DNA from: Mesotaenium endlicherianum
Taxonomy: Eukaryota
NCBI GenBank assembly: GCA_009602735.1
Contig: WELA01003378.1
Location: 251,712 to 285,950, forward strand
DNA length: 34,239 bases
Direction of reading: 5' to 3'
Part shown: positions 1 to 12,869 of the stretch, one piece after another
Position numbering within the stretch: the stretch's first letter is position 1
Layout: the number at the start of each line of letters is the position of its first letter
The notes under the pieces: generated by a model
Databases searched by the model: none
What the model was told of the DNA's origin: nothing
Seen by the model: the letters and a program-made list of their open reading frames with translations, nothing else
Program-made: the position numbers and the translations under genes

Positions 1-651
1 TTTTGGCTTGGGCTTACTTGGCCCTCGACCACCACCACTAGTGGTGTGAGACCCCAGTTGGTCTCTGTCCCGGAGTAGGGACATTATGATTCTTTTGTCC
101 TCCTGCTGGGACTGATACATGGTCGCCATTTGCGACTACATTTGAACGAACAATGCTCCCAAGTCTACACTCTGGGGTGGTAGTCTAGCAAATGCAGCAG
201 CAGCATTGGCATCTACTCGCTGAGTAGTGTCCTCAACAGTCCCTCTCGCTCCTGCAGCAGCAATTCCTGCCGCATTCAGCCGGTCACGTATTTGACCTAG
301 GGGTACGTTGAGTTGTACAGCGAGGGGTGGGTTCAGAACATTGGCCCTTGATGCCATGAGTTCCTCGACAATGCGCTGGTCAGCTGGCTGTCTTTCCCTC
401 ATTTCTGTATCTTTCGCGGCCTTTGCTACTTGTTCAGCTTCTAGCCTGGCTCTCTCCTCCTCAGCTTGCTGAGCTGCGACTGAGGCAATAGCAGCTGCCT
501 CCTCTGCAGCCTCCCTAGCTGCATAATCTGCTACTGCTTCCGAGTAGGTACGGTTTCCCGCTACATGGCTTTCCGCCTGGTTTTCGACATTCTCGTTATC
601 CTGGTTCTCCATGTCTCGGGAGTTGCTAGTTTGAGACCTTGTCCTTACCAT
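1..651 (-). pseudogene. gag: gag N-terminal part with premature stop
   Basis: [11 protein letters not shown]... matches 26733-28211; CAG->TAG at 136-138 where the other copy reads Q; homology continues to base 1. Confidence 0.9.
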
Positions 652-672
652 ACAAAGAAGACTGTGATAACA

Positions 673-684
673 GCTCCGATACCA
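673..684 (-). promoter_or_regulatory. Primer binding site, tRNA-iMet type (TGGTATCGGAGC)
   Basis: 1 nt from the LTR end; one mismatch to the canonical plant TGGTATCAGAGC. Confidence 0.9.
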
Positions 685-685
685 C

Positions 686-1405
686 TGAAATGAATCGTCT
701 TACCAAATAGGCGATTAATAATTAATAAAGATCTTTATATTAGCAAGTAATCTTTATGGTATTTCCATTAACTGGTTTAACGGCAAAGGACAATACACTA
801 GCAGGGAATAATACTCGTAAGTCAAATGCGAGTAAACTAGCATCAATGATGCAAATTAGTAAACTCATACATAAGCAAGGTTAGAAGACAGTGCGTATCA
901 ATGGCTTCTCGCCTTGGATTCATCTCTCTCTCAGTAAGCTGTACAAGAGAGTTGGCCTCGTTTCCGAATGCCGAACTCGAGAGCTATGTCTAGCGTATGT
1001 ACAGGGAATGAGTTTACTGTTCAACGGTCACTGCGATGGCACCGCCTACCCAGGAGTTAACCACGTTGGTAGGACCTCGGTTAACCAAATCCACCGCCAT
1101 CTCCCATCATCCCGAATCGCCATCCATCATAGGGATGTCATCTGGCCATTCATCTAGCACACCACACTTAGAAGCATATCGAGGCAGTTCGCTGCTACCG
1201 AGTACGGAAGTAAGCTGGCTGTTAAAGAATGTGTCAGCAAGCTGACTTAAGGTGACGTCAGCCTGCTACTTCCAGCCAAGTCATTAAATTGATATTAAGT
1301 ATAAAGTCCAGCAGACTGATTGTTAACTAGAGTTCAGCAGGCTGAACTTATTTAACTATATTATTTAAATGAATATTATATTGACTTGTATACTGATTCA
1401 TTACA
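686..1405 (-). repeat. 5' LTR, family A (720 bp)
   Basis: TG...CA ends with inverted terminal repeat tgaaatgaatc/gattcattaca; homologous to LTRs at 3741, 14342, 21334 and 28246. Confidence 0.95.
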
Positions 1406-1963
1406 TGAGATATAAATGAAGAGGAATACGAGAAGTCTGAAGTGGGCACTACTGGGCCCTAATGGGCATCTAAGCAGCTACTAGGCATTATATAAGGAGC
1501 AAAAAATGAGCTATGAACCCCCCCCCCCCCAGCTGGAGGCGAGGGACCGTGAGCGCAGTTGAACGCGGAGGAGCTAAAATGCAAACATCAGGAACAAGGG
1601 AAGTGTGGACGGTCTCTAGTGAGCCAGGGAAGTAGAATCGAGGCGGGAGGTACTCCAGGTGATACTCGTGGCAAACGGACACTGGATATGAATCCGAAAC
1701 GGAAAAGAAGTGGGACGACGAGGCCGACTGACGACCACGGGGCCACCGAGATGGCGTACGCGCGCGCTCCAGGAAACTCCCACGAAGAGCGTCTGCAATA
1801 GCAGGTGTTAGCATCTGAGGCGGGAGGCTCCGCAAATTGTGAAGCAGGGACTCCATCCACCATGAAAGAGGAGGGTGACCTGCAACAACGAATAGACGAA
1901 GACAGACCGCATACGGAAAGAAGCAGCGGAAATATAAAAAGGGAAGGAAGTAATGAGAGGGTC

Positions 1964-3740
1964 CTAAGCTAGAGGTGGTGGTCTGCCCAATGGGCAAAAC
2001 CAATCACCTTCAGGGACTTTTAGTAAAGATGGATACAAACAAGTGAAGTGCCAACCAGCATTGCAACGATCGCACAAGAGCATAGAAGCAGGGCAACATG
2101 TAGAACCACACCCTTGAAAAGGGTGGTTAGCTGGGACGGTGGCACGCAAAAGGTCAACTTCGTGAACGATATTAGGCAAATGGCAGGCTGCACAATTCTT
2201 CATGTTCTCACGAATGGTGCGACCATCCAAGCCCTCGAGCGTAAGCATCCCGTTAGGACTGATTGTACGCACCCGCAAGATCACTGGACCAGCGCAAACG
2301 TCGAGAGTATCCCGCATTTCACGATGAAAATAGACATAATCACCAACCTCAAACTTGACCATACGTGGCTTGTACACCCCGCTATGCAAACAAGCATAAC
2401 GTAGAGTGTCTCGGTGCTAAGAAGTGAGCAAGTTACGCATGGCAATAGGCATGTGCTGAAGGAACAAGGTAGCCCTCTCATCAAGGTGAGTCAATAGCAT
2501 ATTATGATCATAAGTGTGGATGGGAACGGTGACACGACAACAAATGGCAGAAGGAAGAAGGGGTTCTCGACCATAGAGGAGGAAGTAAGGGAAGTACGAA
2601 TGCAAAGAGGCTTGGTTGCTCAAATTGTAACCCATGGCCAGCCATGGGATGCGCACATCCCATTCAGACACGTCACACGTGAGAGCATGCTTGCGCAGGC
2701 TGCGCTTGACTGTTTGGACTATACGTTCAGCAAGCCCATCAGCCTGAGAATGGTCCCGGGAAGTGATACGATGATCAAGAAACGACTTATCAAGCAACTC
2801 AGTTAGATCTCCCTAAAACTCTGACCCTTGATCAGTGAGAACCTTAGCACACGCCCCATAGCAACATAGAACACGCTCAGTGAATGCTCAAACAATGTAC
2901 GCACTGGACTTATCGAGAACACTAACCAACTCGATCCACTTGGTGAGGTGTTCAATCATGACAAGGACGTACCGCATACCACACTAAGAGAGGGGTAAAG
3001 GCCCAGCCAAATCCAATGACCACCGGTAGAAGAGCCCTCGCAAGGGAAGAGGGTTAAGAACGGACGAAAGTGCATTAAAAGTGTTCTCAACGCGGTCACA
3101 AGACATGCAGGAACGAACAAAATTGCTGACTTTAGCGACCAAATCCTCCCGCCAGAACTTGGTTTGCAAAAGTTAACTTGTGCGTTTAACCCCGAAGTGC
3201 CTAGACTCTTCGTGTATCTTGCGAATAAGAGGTATGCGTTTAGAAGGGGGAGGGACGACTCGAGTGTGATGAGGAAACATACGTAGTAAAGTCCCTTCAT
3301 GCCAGTGATATCAGACATAACGATGCAAGACCCAATCGCGTTCTCGCGACGAAAGAGGAGAAGACCAAGTCTGGGTGCTCAAATACTCCATCACAGCAGC
3401 ATCAGACCACACATCGAGCACCTCACACGGGGAAACAATTGGACTGACAACACACGCACCCACCTGGGTGGGGAGAAGATTCAGGTAATATGCAGCATGC
3501 CAAGCTGGTAGGATATGTTCTTGCTGGCTAGACGCAAAACGAGCCCCGGTGAGATCAATATCCGAGGGGTCAGGGTTACGACTGAGGCCATCTGCATCCT
3601 GGTTACTTAACCCAGCCTTATGTTCAATGGTGAAATCGTACTCCTGAAGTATGAGAGCCCAGCATGCGTATTTACCCGTGAGTTTCTGGTTGGTCATCAG
3701 CCATTTAAGGGGTTGGTGATCGGTGATGAGTGTGAAGTGG
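1964..3740 (-). pseudogene. pol: Degenerate Gypsy pol 3' part (RNase H end, integrase, C-terminal PHD finger) of a different family ('C')
   Basis: ITDHQPLKWL...LQEYDFTIEHKAG..NQDADGLSR; HFGVKRT...SCMSCDR; RWSLDLAGP; TDQGSEF; QADGLAER; MLLCDRCNAGWHFTCL..VPEGDWFCP; several stops. Confidence 0.9.
1985..2119 (-). other. PHD zinc finger at the integrase C-terminus
   Basis: (F)QGC...MLLCDRC..GWHFTCLYPSLLKVPEGDWFCPL(G); C4HC3 pattern with first and last Cys each lost by a single-base change (TTT, GGC). Confidence 0.85.
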
Positions 3741-4485
3741 TGAAATGAATCGACTTACCAATAGACCATTTACAATTTATCAAGATCTTCATATCAGCAA
3801 GGAATCTTCATGGTGTTTTTTGTTAACTGATTAATCAGCAAAAGACAAACGTACTAGCGGTGGACAATACTCGCAAGTCAAATGCAAGTAAACGAGCAAC
3901 AATAATGCAATCAATGAACTCATATAAAAGCAAGGCTAGGATACAATGCGTATCAGTGGCTTCTCGCCTTGGATTCAGATATCTCTCACTAAGCAGTAAA
4001 GAGAGTTGGCCTCGTTTCTGAATGCCGAACTCCTGACCAACACCTAGCTGTATAAGAAATGAGTTTACTGTTCAACGGCAAGTGCGATGGCACCGCCTAC
4101 CCGAGAGTTAACCACGTTGGTAGGACCTCGGCTAACCAAATCCACAGCCATCTTCCATTATCCCGAATCGCCATCCACCTTAAGGGTGTCATCTGGCCAC
4201 TCATCTAGCACACCACACTTAGATGCATAGCTAGGCAGTTCGCTGCTGCCGAGTACAGCAGTCAGCTGACTGTCAAAGAATGTGTCAGCAAGTTGACCCC
4301 AGTCAACAAGCTGACCTAATGGACTTCAACCTGCTGTTTTCAGCTGAGTCATTTAACTAAGTATTAAGTATCCAGCAAGCTTAAATCTAGCAAACTAAAT
4401 GTTAACTAAATTTCAGCAGGCTAAACATATTTAACTATTATATCTAAATGAATATTATATCCGTCCAATATATTGATTCATTACA
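3741..4485 (-). repeat. 3' LTR, family A (745 bp), inserted in RNase H of element C
   Basis: tgaaatgaatc...gattcattaca ends; adjacent PPT; left flank AGTGG. Confidence 0.93.
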
Positions 4486-4498
4486 ATCCCTCCAACTT
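4486..4498 (-). promoter_or_regulatory. Polypurine tract AAGTTGGAGGGAT
   Basis: Abuts the LTR; identical to 22055-22067. Confidence 0.8.
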
Positions 4499-4509
4499 AA
4501 ATTGTTGTC

Positions 4510-5154
4510 CCCCACCCTCTCCCCCAACCGGTCCCAGCCCGGCAGCTGCGACAAATACTGCCGTTGCTGCAGCGTCTAGCCCGGCAGCCATAGCGGTTGT
4601 AGTAGCAGCTGCTGCAGCGGCCACCCGAGGATGGTCCGTAAGCGGAGCTGGAGGGGCGTCGACTAAGGGATAGCACCAGGCACCACGTCCGGCACCGTCT
4701 GGATGATATCAGCTCTAAACCTCTGGTAGAACAATAGCGCCTCTCCGCCGAGTAGTAAGGGTAGTGTGTCAAAAAATAAATTAGGTGTGAAGGTTTGACT
4801 ACGAGCACGCATCAGAGCCATTGAGGCATCAATCTTAGAGTCTACTGCAGCGATAGAAATCCCATCTAAATGCCCGGTATAGGTCAGAGAAAGAAGCATG
4901 GAAGTAGCCATCGTAGAAAACTCCTCAATACCCAACAGAACCCTCTCTCGTGAAGGTTCTAGCTCATGTGCAAACACGCAGCCATCAAGTAAGGACACGA
5001 GCTCGGAAGAAGATGGTGCAACCAATGTGGGGATGAGAGCTAGGGGCACTCTAGGAAACAATTCAGGAATTGACAAAGGTGGTGAGTGAGGTGAGGTGAG
5101 TAAATCAGAGGGTCCGGCCCCAATCTCAACAGTAGGCAACTCTCCCTCAAACAT
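4510..5154 (-). pseudogene. gag-like N-terminal fragment unrelated to family A gag (possibly of element C)
   Basis: YTGHLDG...FFDTLPLLLGGEALLFYQRF resembles the retrotransposon capsid F/YxGxxD...LxGxAxxWY pattern; stop at 4663-4665; Ala-rich tail cut off at ~4510. Confidence 0.5.
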
Positions 5155-5418
5155 GGGAATAGGTGAGTCAGGTAGGAATTTGCTCTAATTGGGTACCCCA
5201 CTCCGTGTGCGTCCCGGGGTGTGCTGCATGCAATCCTGCGCAAGGACAAATGCCGGGGTTCACTGCACCTGAAATTGTCTAGCGGGGAGCAGGACAATTA
5301 ACAGGTGGTGCCGAAGCTGGAAACGTGAGATAAACTCCTCGTGAGTGTGTGGGGCTGGCAGCAGCCGCTAGTAGTGGCCTGCAGTCCGGCGCAAAAGATA
5401 CCACTCTATCCCCACAAC

Positions 5419-5492
<74 letters not shown>

Positions 5493-6874
5493 CAGCACAC
5501 ACACACCTACCACGCCTTATTCTAGCGCTAGGCTCACAACCGGCCCAAAAGAGGAGCCGGATGCGAGCAAATGCTAACACAGGAGCACTCCCACCAAACG
5601 AGCAAGAGCAACGAGCAAGCTAGCGGGCAAGTGTGCGACTGGCCCACACAAGAGGGAACCGGCTCCTAACGTGGGTGCACAGGTATTAAACACAACTAAC
5701 AAACAAACAAAACGCAAGAAACTAACACAACACCGCTATCCCTGCAAGCGACGCAAGCAAGCTATAGCAAGCATGCGTGTAACCGGCCCAAGTAAGGGGC
5801 CGGTCCTACCCCAACCACGCAACACATAGTGTACGAGGTGTGGCCTTGAGATAATAGGCGCTCACCACTAGCGCGAGTAAGCTCTCACAAAGAGGGAGCT
5901 CACCTCGCGTAGTATCCTAGCGGATTCCGCCCCACGGGTGGTTCCACCCGCCCCTAGCTACTAACCTGTAGAAGAAGGATTAGCTTTGTATGTGATAGGC
6001 TAGGGCAAGGTGGTGAGCAACTAAATGGTAATCGAAGTCCAGCAACACAAACGAAAGCAATAGAGCGTGATTAGCTATGTTATGGCCAAGAGGGATAGTG
6101 GCGGATTCGCGATATTAGTGTGTTTGTGAGGGACGCTACAAGCCTCCTACGCTAAAAGCGAGGTGAACAAGAACGCACAATCACACCAACATAAACATTA
6201 AGTCACAAGAAAGCACAATAGCACATCTCTCATAAGAACAAACATACAAAGCAGACACCAAAATGGTGTTAGCTCGCGGCCTAAGTAGCGTGCTCTCAAA
6301 TAATATGCCCAGTGCCTATGAAACACAATCGAACTCTTACAACTACAATGAACGCGTCATCGCGTCACCTCACACAAATCCAAAATGCACTAAATATGAA
6401 AAAGGGTCAAACCTAGAGGTCAACACACACACGTACAACTAATGACAGAACCAAAAGAACCCGACATCCCAATGTCCCTTACTCTCCCTAACCCCTAGCA
6501 ATCCGTGGGCATACCCATGGGGATTGCGTATGGTACGGTGACGATCTAGCCATGGACAATGGGATATCCCACTGGGTACCCGCGCCGACCGTTCAGGCGA
6601 GCGAACCCGAGGGTCGGCCTCCACACATGTGGGCGGCAACACCACGTGTGAAGGTAGAAAAGAGCGCGTGATTTGGGAGGATGCCTCACAGCTGCTCAAC
6701 AGCAGAACCTCGTGAGCAGATCATGGGTCCCAGTGTTCACCACCACTGCACATACACTAGACCATCCTCACCTACCACCCAAACCCGACTATCCACTACA
6801 ACGTGTTATTGACCCTCCACCCTCTGGGAACACCACCAAACACCAAAGAGGACTCAACAAGGACGGGCATGACA
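5155..6874 (-). mobile_element. Probable 5' LTR/leader of an element inserted into ORF3 of family A copy 2
   Basis: Minus strand begins TGTCATGCCC at 6874, about where ORF3 homology to 22069-23810 stops; non-coding; upstream of the gag-like fragment; inner LTR boundary not found. Confidence 0.45.
5421..5490. repeat. (CA)35 microsatellite
   Basis: Perfect dinucleotide run. Confidence 0.99.
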
Positions 6875-8039
6875 CGGCGCCTTCCTCCTCTTTGTCCTCC
6901 TGTTCTTCTCACGCTTCTGGAGTCTCTCCGGTCATCTCTTCCAACCGTTCCCGACAAAAAGAGTATCCCACTGACCTCCCCCTTTGGGTTGCAGGTGAGG
7001 GTTGTAGGGTCCTGACCGCATACAGGTCTTTCTCCCCTTGCTTACTTGCCCATTTGGCATAAGCATGCATCCCCTTAGGAAAAGAATCTGTAGCCCTGGT
7101 CCTATCCTCCCGTGTCTCCTGTCTCATGCAGTCCCTGACTCCATCCAGCCTTGGGCCCCATGCTGCACTGTGAGGTGGCAGCACTATCTTCTTCTGCAAA
7201 TCTGCCACGAAATCGTCTTCCTCAGCTCTGTCATTTTGCTGGTCTTTCATAGTGATGGTCATCCAGCGCCAATCAGTGGGCTGCAGAAAACAAGCAGTAT
7301 CTGTTCTCTTCAAAGTACAGGGGTACCAGTGACCTAAGAAATCCAGTTGGTTGGTCTCCCTTGCCAAGAACTCCCAGCTTCTTCTCTCCACCTTGTTATA
7401 CATGGCCTTGAATCGGTTGTGGGAAGTGGTATCCTTGAAGCTGTCTGTATGCATAGGGATCAACCTAATGACCCTGTCTGTGCCCCAAATCCCATGTATT
7501 GGCACCGTTTCAGATTCACCTATCTGGGCCACTGCTTTGGCCTCCCGGATGGTGTATCCCACCATCCAGGCATAGTCATGGTACAGTAGAAACCCTGTGC
7601 TAATCTCTATGTAATTGTCAAAAGTTTAGGACGTCTCCCCCTCCCGCTGCAGTATGTCCTTCTGCGACTCACTTTGACTTCTCTGGGCGTACTTGAAGGC
7701 TTCCTCCAAAAGGTCAAAGCCCTTGCCCATCACCGTGTAGCTTTTGATTCTCCTCTGTTCCTCCTCAGCTTGCTGCTTCCGCCTCTCCTCAACCAACCTT
7801 TGTTCCTCCGACTTCTTGGCTTCCTCTGCAGCTTTTTTGTCCTGCTCCTCCTGTCTCAGCCTGGCCTATTCTTCCTTCTTCTTTCTCTTCTGAGCCTCTC
7901 GCTACAGTCGGAGTCGCTCTGATTCTCAGGAAGAGATAGAGAATGATTCGATGTCGCCATGGAATTCCTTGTACTCCGCCTGCGCCTCGTCCGCCCTTCT
8001 TCTCCTCTTGAGTTCAGACTTTTGAGTCATCCTGCTCAT
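6875..8039 (-). pseudogene. Extra ORF3 of family A, unknown function, 3'-truncated
   Basis: Starts MSRMTQKSELK; includes ORF 6909-7565; homologous to 22069-23810. Confidence 0.85.
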
Positions 8040-8430
8040 TCATACCACCATGGAGTTAGTGTAGTCATAATATCATGCACAGGATTGAGTACCTTGACTG
8101 CTAAGAACGTAGTAGTGGGAGTTGTAGCATGCAATACCTGGTGTAAGTAAATTTAAAGTGTGAGTGTGCTTGAGAGAGAAGTGAGTGTGCGCGCAGTTGA
8201 GAGTGGAGGATGGCTACGTAACGAGAATCGGCTAGTTCTCGAGATGTTTATCCCACTCTCTTCAACTTAATGTGTTAGGTGGGTTGCCTATCACAACTAT
8301 CGCGTACTGTCAACTACTGTCACTTTCTGTCACTAATTGTTACTTTCGGCCACGTTTGGTTGCATTTCCCCTCCAAGTTAATTGGAGACAGGATCTCCTA
8401 GCACCTTCTCATGTCAAATTGCAACGACAG

Positions 8431-8625
8431 TTAGGGGAGTGTCCCAGCCTCTCGAAGATAAAACCGTTTCAACGCCCCTTTGGCATCGGTCAAATGGTCC
8501 TCAAATTTCCAGGTGTTCCCAGAGGCATCGTAGCCCTCCGATAAGACCAGATATTTCATGACATATTGAGATGATCGACGGACAGAGCAAGCGTCTAAAA
8601 CCTCATCAACCTCATATTCCTCAGG
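8431..8625 (-). other. Integrase C-terminal chromodomain (degenerate)
   Basis: PEEYEVDEVLDACSVRRSSQYVMKYLVLSEGYDASGNTWKFEDHLTDAKGALKRF, in frame after the GPY/F module (WVGPYLVV...HPVFNVSFLEPY). Confidence 0.85.
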
Positions 8626-9678
8626 TTAACTTTCTCGGGCAGCGAGGACCGGTCCCAATTGGACTAGTAGCCGACCTGAGAACAGTGTGTCACTTTTGAT
8701 GTATGGTTCCAGGAAAGAGACATTAAAGACTGGGTGACCCTTGTATTTCGCTGACATGTTCAATTTGTAAGCATTTTGACCAACACGGCGCACCACCAAA
8801 TATGGACCAACCCAGACCGGACCAAGCTTTTCCTTGACCACACCAGGCAGGTACAGGTATTGAGAATGCAGTTTGACCAAATCCCCCCCTAAAAATGTCA
8901 GCTCCCGACGGTGTTGATTAGCGTATTTTTGTTGATTTTCCTGGGCTTTGTGCAAATTGTGTTGGACTTTTGACGAGGTGTCAGCAATCTCCTGAGTTAG
9001 CTGGAGACACATCGGATTTTCAATCTCCTCAGGGTGAGGTAAAGACTCCCCTAGCAAATCTAAAGGAGACTTAGGGACTCTACCAAGACTGAGTTTAGAA
9101 GGAGTCTTTCCCGTTGACGCATGCACCGCACTGTTAATCGCAAATTGAATTTGAGGGCGGTCTGATGTGCTGAGCAACTGTTTGACTCCCATTAACTCCA
9201 TTAAGCTCTCCGGAACATAGAGGTAAATTTTGAGTCCCTGTCTAAGATAATAGTAGAGAGTAGCCCATGTTGGCTTACGACATACTTGTAGAACTGTCTT
9301 GCAGTTTCGAGAACAGTCACTTTGACAGTGGTGGGGATGAAAATGACCATTTTTGTCAGTTTAACCACTGTTACCAGTATCGAATCATGCCCATTGGCAA
9401 TTCTTGGTAGTGTTACCACCGAGTCCAAGAATATTGTTTTCTAGCGTCCAGCTGAAATGGGTAGTGGTTGTAATTGCCCCCCGGGTGGTGTGTGCCTAGA
9501 CTTATTCTCTGACACTGATCACAGGACTGGACATACTTTAAGATCTCCCGAGGCAAGCCATCCTAATGATAATGTTTTGCCAGTTTGCCAACAGTTTTTC
9601 CCTGCCCCAAATGCCCGCCCAGTAAACTGTCATGTGCTTGACTCAATAAGAGTAACTTCATTTCCAAGTTATTCGGAA

Positions 9679-10422
9679 TGAAAGGGGCAAAGTGCCATAG
9701 TGGAAGCGTAGTAATTCACGAGGAAAGGAACTAGTTGCAATCATCTCAAAGAGTGCATCGGCATATCACTAACAAAGCTTAGGAAAAATACTCAATATTT
9801 TGAGTAGCAAGAAACTGCTCACAAATGATGTAGGATGAAAGGTCTTGTCATCACAAACCCGTAGCAATTTACAGAAGTGAAAATTGATGAGAAACAAAGA
9901 AGTTATGCCTATTTATAACTTTCTGCCTAAGTGCTCCCCTCTAGGAGGAAGCTACGGATTTTCCTAAGTGTTCGTCAAATTGTCACTTCCAGAATATTCG
10001 TGAGTAAGCCACATCAGTCTAATCTGACGTGTCGGGCCAAATTGACGTCCACATACATGTATCGACATTACTATAATATTTTATCTTAGACGCGCTAGGC
10101 TAAACCGAAACTTCTAGGTAAATCGACCTAGTCGGCACTCCGCGTCAGCCGAACTTACGTGAAGGTTCGATTTCATTCTAACGGGCCAGATCGCTCGACG
10201 CTGTCGGTCAATCCGATGGTCGCGCTCACCGCAAATTAAGGACAGTCGTCCACCGACCTCAAAACTAATTAAACTTCATAAATCCGTAACTCTCTCAATA
10301 CTTGACCAAATTAGATGAACTTTATATCAAAATGACCACAAAAATGCACTCTATACTACTATACAAACAAAACATACTTTCATGAAACTCAAAAATACAC
10401 TTTATAAATATATGACCTTACA
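9679..10422 (-). mobile_element. Solo LTR of family B (744 bp)
   Basis: tgaaagg...ccttaca ends; flanks CGGAA/ACGAA, each one mismatch from the AGGAA empty site in the other copy (~24295); integrase resumes on both sides; TATAAATAG on the minus strand at 9909-9917; homologous to 30813-31273. Confidence 0.88.
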
Positions 10423-12869
10423 ACGAATGACCAGCTTCAGTCTGCCTGAAGTGGTTTCAGTTACCCAAACCCCTCTCTTTAGCCTATACCCGAGTGCAGT
10501 GGCAGGACACACACCATCAGTGGGGCTGGACTCAAATGTTGCGTCAGAAAGGTAGGCTTTCCTAAGTTATTCAAGGAAGGATTATTTTACCTTTAGTGAA
10601 GTGAGTGCACAAAGGACTTTATCTACAGCATGCTGACTAAAGTTCCTTTCTTGCAAGTCAGGTCGTCTAGAGAGTGCATCAGCAAGATTCAATTTTCCTG
10701 GTTTGTAGTCAATCTGGACTTTGAACTGCTCCAGCATCTGCCTCCAGCGGTTCTCCCTCCTCGACAGCTTGGACTTCTTATGAAAGGGAGTCAAAGCTAA
10801 ATGATCAGTAATCACCTTAAAAGCTTTACCATGTAAGTATGCTCTCCATTGTTTGAGCACATGAATGATAGCTAGGAGCTCGTTATCATGCACAAAATGG
10901 TTGACTACAGCTGCGTTGAATTTCATAGACTCATACAGCACAGGGTCCCACTCCTGCCTTACCTTACCATCCTTCGTGGTTTTGTCTGCAGGCTACAACA
11001 AAATAGCACCCATGGCAAAGTCAGAAGCATCAGTGACTACCTGCACAGGTTTGCTGGGGTCATACACACATAAGACTGGGGCAGAACAGAGAGCACCTTT
11101 AAGGGTCTGGAAGGCAGCTTGCTGCTCTTCCCCCCACACATACTCTATGTTGTTCTTAGTAAAGTCAGCCAATTTAATAGCCTTTGTATAATAATTCTCA
11201 ACGAATCTCCTATAGTAGTTAGCCAACCCAACGTAGGATCTAACTTCCGAGACAAACTGTGGTACTGGCCAGTCCCTTATGGTCTGGACTTTCTTAAGAT
11301 CCACACTGATGCCTTCTTTACAGACAACATGGCCCAAGAATTCAATGGTTTCCATAAAGAAATCACACTTGCTCATTGTAGCACATAACTGATTCCTTCT
11401 CAGAATGTCCATGACTGTCTTTAAGTGCTCAGCATGCTCAGCTTCATTTTGAGATAAAATTAAAATATCATCCCAGAAGACTTGCACAAACTTATCCAAG
11501 TAAGGCCTGAATATGTCATTCATAGCACCCATGAAGGTTGCAGGAGCATTAGTCAGTCCAAATGGCATCACATTCAACTCATAGTGTCCATAACGTGTGC
11601 GGAAGGCAGTCTTGTGTTGATCTTCTTCAGCAATTCTGATTTGATGATAACCACTCTTCAGATTTATCTTACTCAACACTTTAGCACCAAACAGGGTATC
11701 AAGCAAGACCTTAATTCGAGATAAAGCATACTTGTTCTCTACCGCAATTTTGTTAAGAACTCCGTAATCCACACACTTTTGCATACTAACATTTTTCTTC
11801 TTAACGAATAGGATGGGTGCACCATAAGGTGATTTCCTGGGGAAAAATAGCCATTTCCTTCCAGTTTTGCAATCTGTGTTTTTAACTCTTCGCTCTCCAC
11901 ATAAGTCAAGGCATAAGTGCATTGCCACGATGGCTGACTCCCAGGTAATAGATCAATCTTATGATCTACTTCTCTCTTAGGCGGCAGTCCTGGAGGCATA
12001 TTAAAAACTATACAGCAGTATACTCAGCAACAATTTTTGCAGCAGTAGGGTGCTCCGGAGTGATCACCTTTTTCTCAACCACTTCTTCCTGTTGAGGAGA
12101 TACCTCTTTTAGCAACAGACAGAACATTCTGTCTTTCTTCCGGTTCTCGCTTTCAATGAACTCCATTGCATTCAGCAATTTGCATCCTCCTGGAAGCCTC
12201 TTCTTTTCCTTCATTTGCCATCCATACAGGTGAAGAGGAAGAACACTGGTGGGTGCCAAGTTCGTCTGCCCATCACTGGCTCCTCTTACTGTAACTGTAC
12301 CTCTGCTCCAACACACTTCAGCTTGATGTCTGTTAAGCCAGGACCTGCCTAGCACGAGATCATAAAAGCCAGTGTTGAGTACCTCAAATGTAAGCGTTTC
12401 AGTTAGAATTCCATTGCCAGAACCTAACTGGACCTCAATAGGCTTGGTTATAACTCCTCCCGAGATACTTGAGGCATCTCCAAGGAATACTTCTCTATTC
12501 CCTTGGATGACAGTAGGCAGCCTCAGCCGCTTGACTAAGTCCTTATGGATAAAAGTATGGGACGTCCCTTCGTCAACAAATGCCCTCACCTTTGCTACCT
12601 GCAATCATACAATGTAGTAGAATAGGGGGAACTCACTTTTCCTGACTTTCGCATTGTTCTCCTGACTTGGCAAAGAAATGTTGGACATCAGGTGGACCAA
12701 GACCATTCAGAGTGTGCACTCTCCGAAGATCCAGTTTTGTTGATGGTCTCTTTCATTCGTTTGTAAGGCATGCATATTGAATCCAGTGCAGCACGACTCA
12801 TAATACCTGGTACGAGGGCAGCTAGTGAAGACTCACTATCTCGAGCATCCTCACAGTCAGTAGACTAGA

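Larger units (their letters stand above)
1..1405 (-). mobile_element. Ty3/Gypsy family A, 5' end only (5' LTR, PBS, start of gag); runs off the left edge
   Basis: LTR 686-1405, PBS 673-684, and gag nearly identical to the gag at 26733-28211. Confidence 0.95.

Noticed and set aside
891..1245. Recurrent + strand ORFs inside the LTRs (also at 21540, 21685 and 28452)
   Set aside because: They are antisense to the element and recur only because these LTRs are near-identical; they are not maintained in the diverged LTRs and have no motifs.
1518..1530. Poly-G on the minus strand as the PPT of element C
   Set aside because: It is not followed by TG or by sequence matching the candidate LTR start at 6874; unresolved.
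5279..5580. CVCVCV/THTHTH ORFs (and ERERER ORFs at 31318-31780)
   Set aside because: Microsatellite translations; the latter also span an N gap.
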